Below the pieces are notes generated by a model that searched no databases, had not been told where the DNA came from, and was given only the letters and a program-made list of their open reading frames with translations. Shown here one piece after another: positions 59,427 through 64,000 of a DNA stretch of 64,000 nucleotides (positions are counted from its first letter, which is position 1; each line of letters opens with the position of its first letter). Position numbers and translations under genes: made by a program. The stretch is from Qipengyuania sp. (GTDB lineage Bacteria; Pseudomonadota; Alphaproteobacteria; Sphingomonadales; Sphingomonadaceae): NCBI RefSeq assembly GCF_964227205.1, contig NZ_CAXQVB010000006.1:118579-182578 (forward strand). The letters run 5' to 3'.

Positions 59427-59771
59427 ATGGTCAAACCGGAATGGGGCACCAAGCGGACCTGCCCGAACTGCGGCACCCGCTTCTACGATCTGAACAAGGA
59501 AGATCCCGTCACCTGCATCGAATGCGGTGAAGAGTGGACCCCCGAGCCCGTGCTCAAGTCGAAGCAGCCGATCCTCGCCGAGGACGAAGCCAAGAAGAAG
59601 AAGGACGCCGAGGCGGACAGCGATCTGGGCGGCGACGACGACGACGATCTCGATATCGACATCGACGAGGATGATGATTCGCCCGACAACGAGGTCGATC
59701 TCGGGGGCGACGACGACCTCGGCGTCGAGACCAAATCGACGGGCGACGACGACGACGCCGACGAAAGCTGA
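59427..59771 (+). CDS. TIGR02300 / FYDLN_acid family protein
   Basis: WGTKRTCPNCGTRFYDLNK...CIECG plus a very acidic tail. Confidence 0.92.
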   Translation: MVKPEWGTKRTCPNCGTRFYDLNKEDPVTCIECGEEWTPEPVLKSKQPILAEDEAKKKKDAEADSDLGGDDDDDLDIDIDEDDDSPDNEVDLGGDDDLGVETKSTGDDDDADES

Positions 59772-59873
59772 TTTGGCGTAAATTAGCTGTTGCATTGCGG
59801 GAGGGCTGCTTATATTGGGCGCCTCCCGCAAGGGTGACGCACCTCCCAGGATGCGTCGTTTGAAAAATGGTTC

Positions 59874-59949
<76 letters not shown>

Positions 59950-59958
59950 TTTCACCGC

Positions 59959-60078
59959 TTTGAGGCCCAGGTCGGGCTGCAAATGGCGGCTCGGTGCGCT
60001 TCCGGTGCTCACGGCCTAAATGGCCGCTCCGCTCCGGTTCTCCCGTCCCACCATTTTCGCTCCAACCTGAACCTCAAA
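59959..60078. repeat. ~120-bp structured palindromic (MITE-like) element
   Basis: 17-bp terminal inverted repeat with 14/17 match plus nested inner stems. Confidence 0.6.
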
Positions 60079-60171
60079 TCGGCAAAATGGCACTTCGGGT
60101 GCGATGGTAGCAGGCCGTGGCGACGGCTGCGGCTTGCTTCCACCACACCCGGGCATGAGTTTGGGTTTCAT

Positions 60172-60227
60172 CGGGGAATTCCCCACGCTGGCCGACGAGT
60201 TCTCGTCCGCCGGCGTTTTTCGCGTTT
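60172..60227 (+). promoter_or_regulatory. Structured ffh leader with a terminator-like hairpin (resembles the Rfam ffh element)
   Basis: ggggaattcccc then acgctggc-c-gacga-gttc-tcgtc-c-gccggcgt-tttt, about 40 nt before the ffh ATG. Confidence 0.55.
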
Positions 60228-60264
60228 AATCGGCCCAGCAATGGTTCGATGAGGAGTAACAGGC

Positions 60265-61761
<1,497 letters not shown>

Positions 61762-61795
61762 GTTTCAGACGTTTACATTCGAAAGGTAATACCAA

Positions 61796-62284
61796 ATGGC
61801 AGTTGCAATCCGTCTTTCGCGTGGTGGTGCCAAGAAGCGCCCCTACTACCGCATCGTCGTTGCCGACTCGCGTTCGGCGCGTGACGGCAAGTATCTCGAG
61901 CAGATCGGCACCTACAATCCGATGCTGCCGAAGGATTCGGGCGAGCGCGTGAAGCTCAACGAAGACCGCGCGCGTCACTGGCTCTCGGTCGGCGCGCAGC
62001 CGAGCGACCGCGTCCACCGCTTCCTCGATGCCGCCGGCATCCTCGAGCGTGCGCCGAAGAACAACCCGAAGAAGGGCGAACCGGGCGAAGCCGCCAAGGA
62101 ACGCGCCGAGGAAAAGGCCGCCAAGATCGCTGAAGCCGAAGAAGCCAAAAAGGCTGCCGAGGAAGAAGCCAAGGCTGCCGCCGAAGCTCCGGCTGAAGAA
62201 GCTGCTGCCGAAGAGGCTCCGGCCGAAGAAGCCGCTGCCGAAGAAGCACCGGCTGAAGAAGCCACCGAAGACAAGGGCGAGTAA
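61796..62284 (+). CDS. rpsP: 30S ribosomal protein S16 with an Ala/Glu-rich repeat tail
   Basis: [38 protein letters not shown]. Confidence 0.97.
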   Translation: MAVAIRLSRGGAKKRPYYRIVVADSRSARDGKYLEQIGTYNPMLPKDSGERVKLNEDRARHWLSVGAQPSDRVHRFLDAAGILERAPKNNPKKGEPGEAAKERAEEKAAKIAEAEEAKKAAEEEAKAAAEAPAEEAAAEEAPAEEAAAEEAPAEEATEDKGE

Positions 62285-62292
62285 TCGCGCCC

Positions 62293-62790
62293 ATGTCGGA
62301 CAAGCCCGTCACGCTGGCAGCCGTCACCGGTGCGCATGGCGTGACGGGCGAAGTCCGCCTGAAGCTGTTCGGCGAGGGCGTCGATACGCTCAAGCCGCAG
62401 ACACGCTTCACCGCGGGGGAGTCGGGGGCGAGGCTGACTCTCACCAAGATCCGCAGCGACAACAAGGGCGGTGCCATCGCGCGCTTTGCCGAGGTGACCG
62501 ATCGCACCGCGGCAGAGCAGTTGCGCGGCACCGCCCTCTCGGTTTCGCGCGAGGCACTGCCCGCGTTGGAGGAGGGGGAATTCTATTTCTCCGACCTGAT
62601 CGATCTCGCCGTGGTCACCGACACGGGCGATGCCGTAGGTCGCGTCTGCGCGGTCGAGAATTACGGCGCCACCGACATCGTCGAGATCGAGAAGCCCGAC
62701 GGCAAGAAATTCATGGTCCCGCTGACCAGGCAGGCGGTGCCGGGCTGGACTGACACAGAACTCACTGTATCGCAGGACTTCATCGAATGA
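62293..62790 (+). CDS. rimM: Ribosome maturation factor RimM
   Basis: GAHGVTGEV, DRTAAEQLRG, EFYFSDLI, NYGATD, VP. Confidence 0.94.
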   Translation: MSDKPVTLAAVTGAHGVTGEVRLKLFGEGVDTLKPQTRFTAGESGARLTLTKIRSDNKGGAIARFAEVTDRTAAEQLRGTALSVSREALPALEEGEFYFSDLIDLAVVTDTGDAVGRVCAVENYGATDIVEIEKPDGKKFMVPLTRQAVPGWTDTELTVSQDFIE

Positions 62791-64000
62791 TTCCCAAGCC
62801 ACTGTCGGAAATTGAATGGGCAGACCTTGAGGCTTTGCAGCAAAGCGCTCGAGAGGAAGATGAGACCATTGAATATAAAGGTAGCCTATCCGGTGGGGCG
62901 AATTTTACCGCTTTGAGTGACAGTCAAAAGATCAAAGCAATTGATTCGATTGCGAAAGAAGCGATCGCGTTTCTGAATGCCAACGGGGGCGATATCGTCA
63001 TAGGGGCAAGAGAAGCTTCCAACGAAAAGCCTGTAATCGAAGCGTTTGCCGAGCTTGAAGATGTTCACAGTCTGGCCGATCGTCTGGCCCAAGCAGTGTC
63101 GGCGGTTATCGAACCATCTCAGAACCTTCTGGGCGTGAGGGCGGTGACGCAGGAGGGTGCGACCTCTGGGGTCATAATTGTGCGGGCTAGAAGCTCACTC
63201 AGGGCCCCTCATCGATCGTCGCGAAAAAAGGAATGCTATATTCGTCGTGGTCGAGAATCTGTCCCAATGTCGATGGATGAGATTCAGGACCTCACCCTGA
63301 GGCGAAAAGATATGCGAAATGACAGGCTCAATCGTCTTGCCGATTATGCAGACGAGCTTCATTCAAACACTCTTGGTCGGGTAGAGCTTCGACATGACCG
63401 TGCGCAGTTTCGACTCTGTTATATCCCGAGCAGCCCACTAGCGCTAGCGCTCGAACCAGAGGTACTGTCAGCGTTTCGAGGGACACAGCCAGTATTGAAA
63501 TCGGGCAACTACGAAACGAGCAATGATGTCTTTTCACGTAGATTACATGGACTTTGGAAACCTGTCCTTCGTGGGCGGAGCCAGCAAGACCATTTTCGCG
63601 GTGAAGACCGAGAGATGTTCGCTCGTCGACAGATATTCGAAAGCGGTGAACTAGTGGCTGACTTTTCGGCTCGCACTAAATTCGACAATACCCCTGCGGA
63701 CGGCTTAGCTGTTCATTATGAATGGTTTCTCGGGTTCGTGGCAAATTTCCTGACCGGAATATCGAAGGTCTCAGATGCGACGAACAACCCGCTCGAAGGC
63801 TTTCTGTCACTCTCTTATCGCTTTACCGGTAATGTTTGGCTCTCTTTCGGAGCTGACGGTTTCGGCGAGATGCATTCTCTTCCAAATGAGACGGGGTCAA
63901 TTCCTACGTTCGAAATTGCAGATCGCGGACAGCTGCCGGAAATTTTCCAGCAACTTCAAGTAGATTTGTGTGCACTCGCTGGCGAATTTGAGGAGCACCC
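62787..64000 (+). CDS. Schlafen/AlbA_2-domain protein, 3'-truncated by window; absent from the ORF track
   Basis: ATGA overlap with the rimM stop; hand-translated frame open to the window end: MIPKPLSEIEWADLEAL...REEDETIEYK...AIAFLNANGGDIVIG...APH...CYIRRGRESVPMSMDEI. Confidence 0.85.
   Translation, partial: MIPKPLSEIEWADLEALQQSAREEDETIEYKGSLSGGANFTALSDSQKIKAIDSIAKEAIAFLNANGGDIVIGAREASNEKPVIEAFAELEDVHSLADRLAQAVSAVIEPSQNLLGVRAVTQEGATSGVIIVRARSSLRAPHRSSRKKECYIRRGRESVPMSMDEIQDLTLRRKDMRNDRLNRLADYADELHSNTLGRVELRHDRAQFRLCYIPSSPLALALEPEVLSAFRGTQPVLKSGNYETSNDVFSRRLHGLWKPVLRGRSQQDHFRGEDREMFARRQIFESGELVADFSARTKFDNTPADGLAVHYEWFLGFVANFLTGISKVSDATNNPLEGFLSLSYRFTGNVWLSFGADGFGEMHSLPNETGSIPTFEIADRGQLPEIFQQLQVDLCALAGEFEEH

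Noticed and set aside
62110-62275. GAAGAAGC-type tandem repeats as a CRISPR or non-coding array
   Set aside because: In-frame Ala/Glu/Pro low-complexity tail of S16; no unique spacers or cas genes.

Overview
High-GC alphaproteobacterial chromosome segment, most consistent with Erythrobacteraceae/Sphingomonadales (inferred from gene order, F0-only atp operon, cpdR next to tRNA-Val, and repeat types). 1-12.05 kb is the distal part of a surface-polysaccharide locus (gmd, two glycosyltransferases, rmlCBDA, O-antigen ligase/polymerase, wza, wzc, unknown gene). It ends near the 3' end of tRNA-Val(GAC). The rest is mostly core genome: cpdR, manA/manC, DEAD helicase, uvrD, rsmD/rluB, ampG, lapA-pyrF-trpF-trpB-trpA-accD-folC, purB, radC, ydbH-ynbE-ydbL, atpIBEGF, gloB, rpsA, cmk, aroA, tRNA-Ala(GGC), ffh-rpsP-rimM. 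Items missing from or unexplained by the ORF track: (i) a >404-codon AT-richer ORF with a Schlafen/AlbA_2-type N-terminus, coupled to the rimM stop where trmD is normally expected and running off the window; (ii) a cassette-like insertion between trpB and trpA with two small membrane ORFs, a REP doublet and a diverged duplicate of the trpA 5' end; (iii) an alpha-r8/SuhB(GsrN/MmgR)-like sRNA with an RpoH-like promoter; (iv) a ~120-bp structured palindromic element after tRNA-Ala; (v) LexA, EcfG and MarR-type sites; (vi) a Tat-exported M20 protein with substituted metal ligands. No CRISPR array, integrase or transposase was seen. All family assignments are by eye from motifs; no database search was run.
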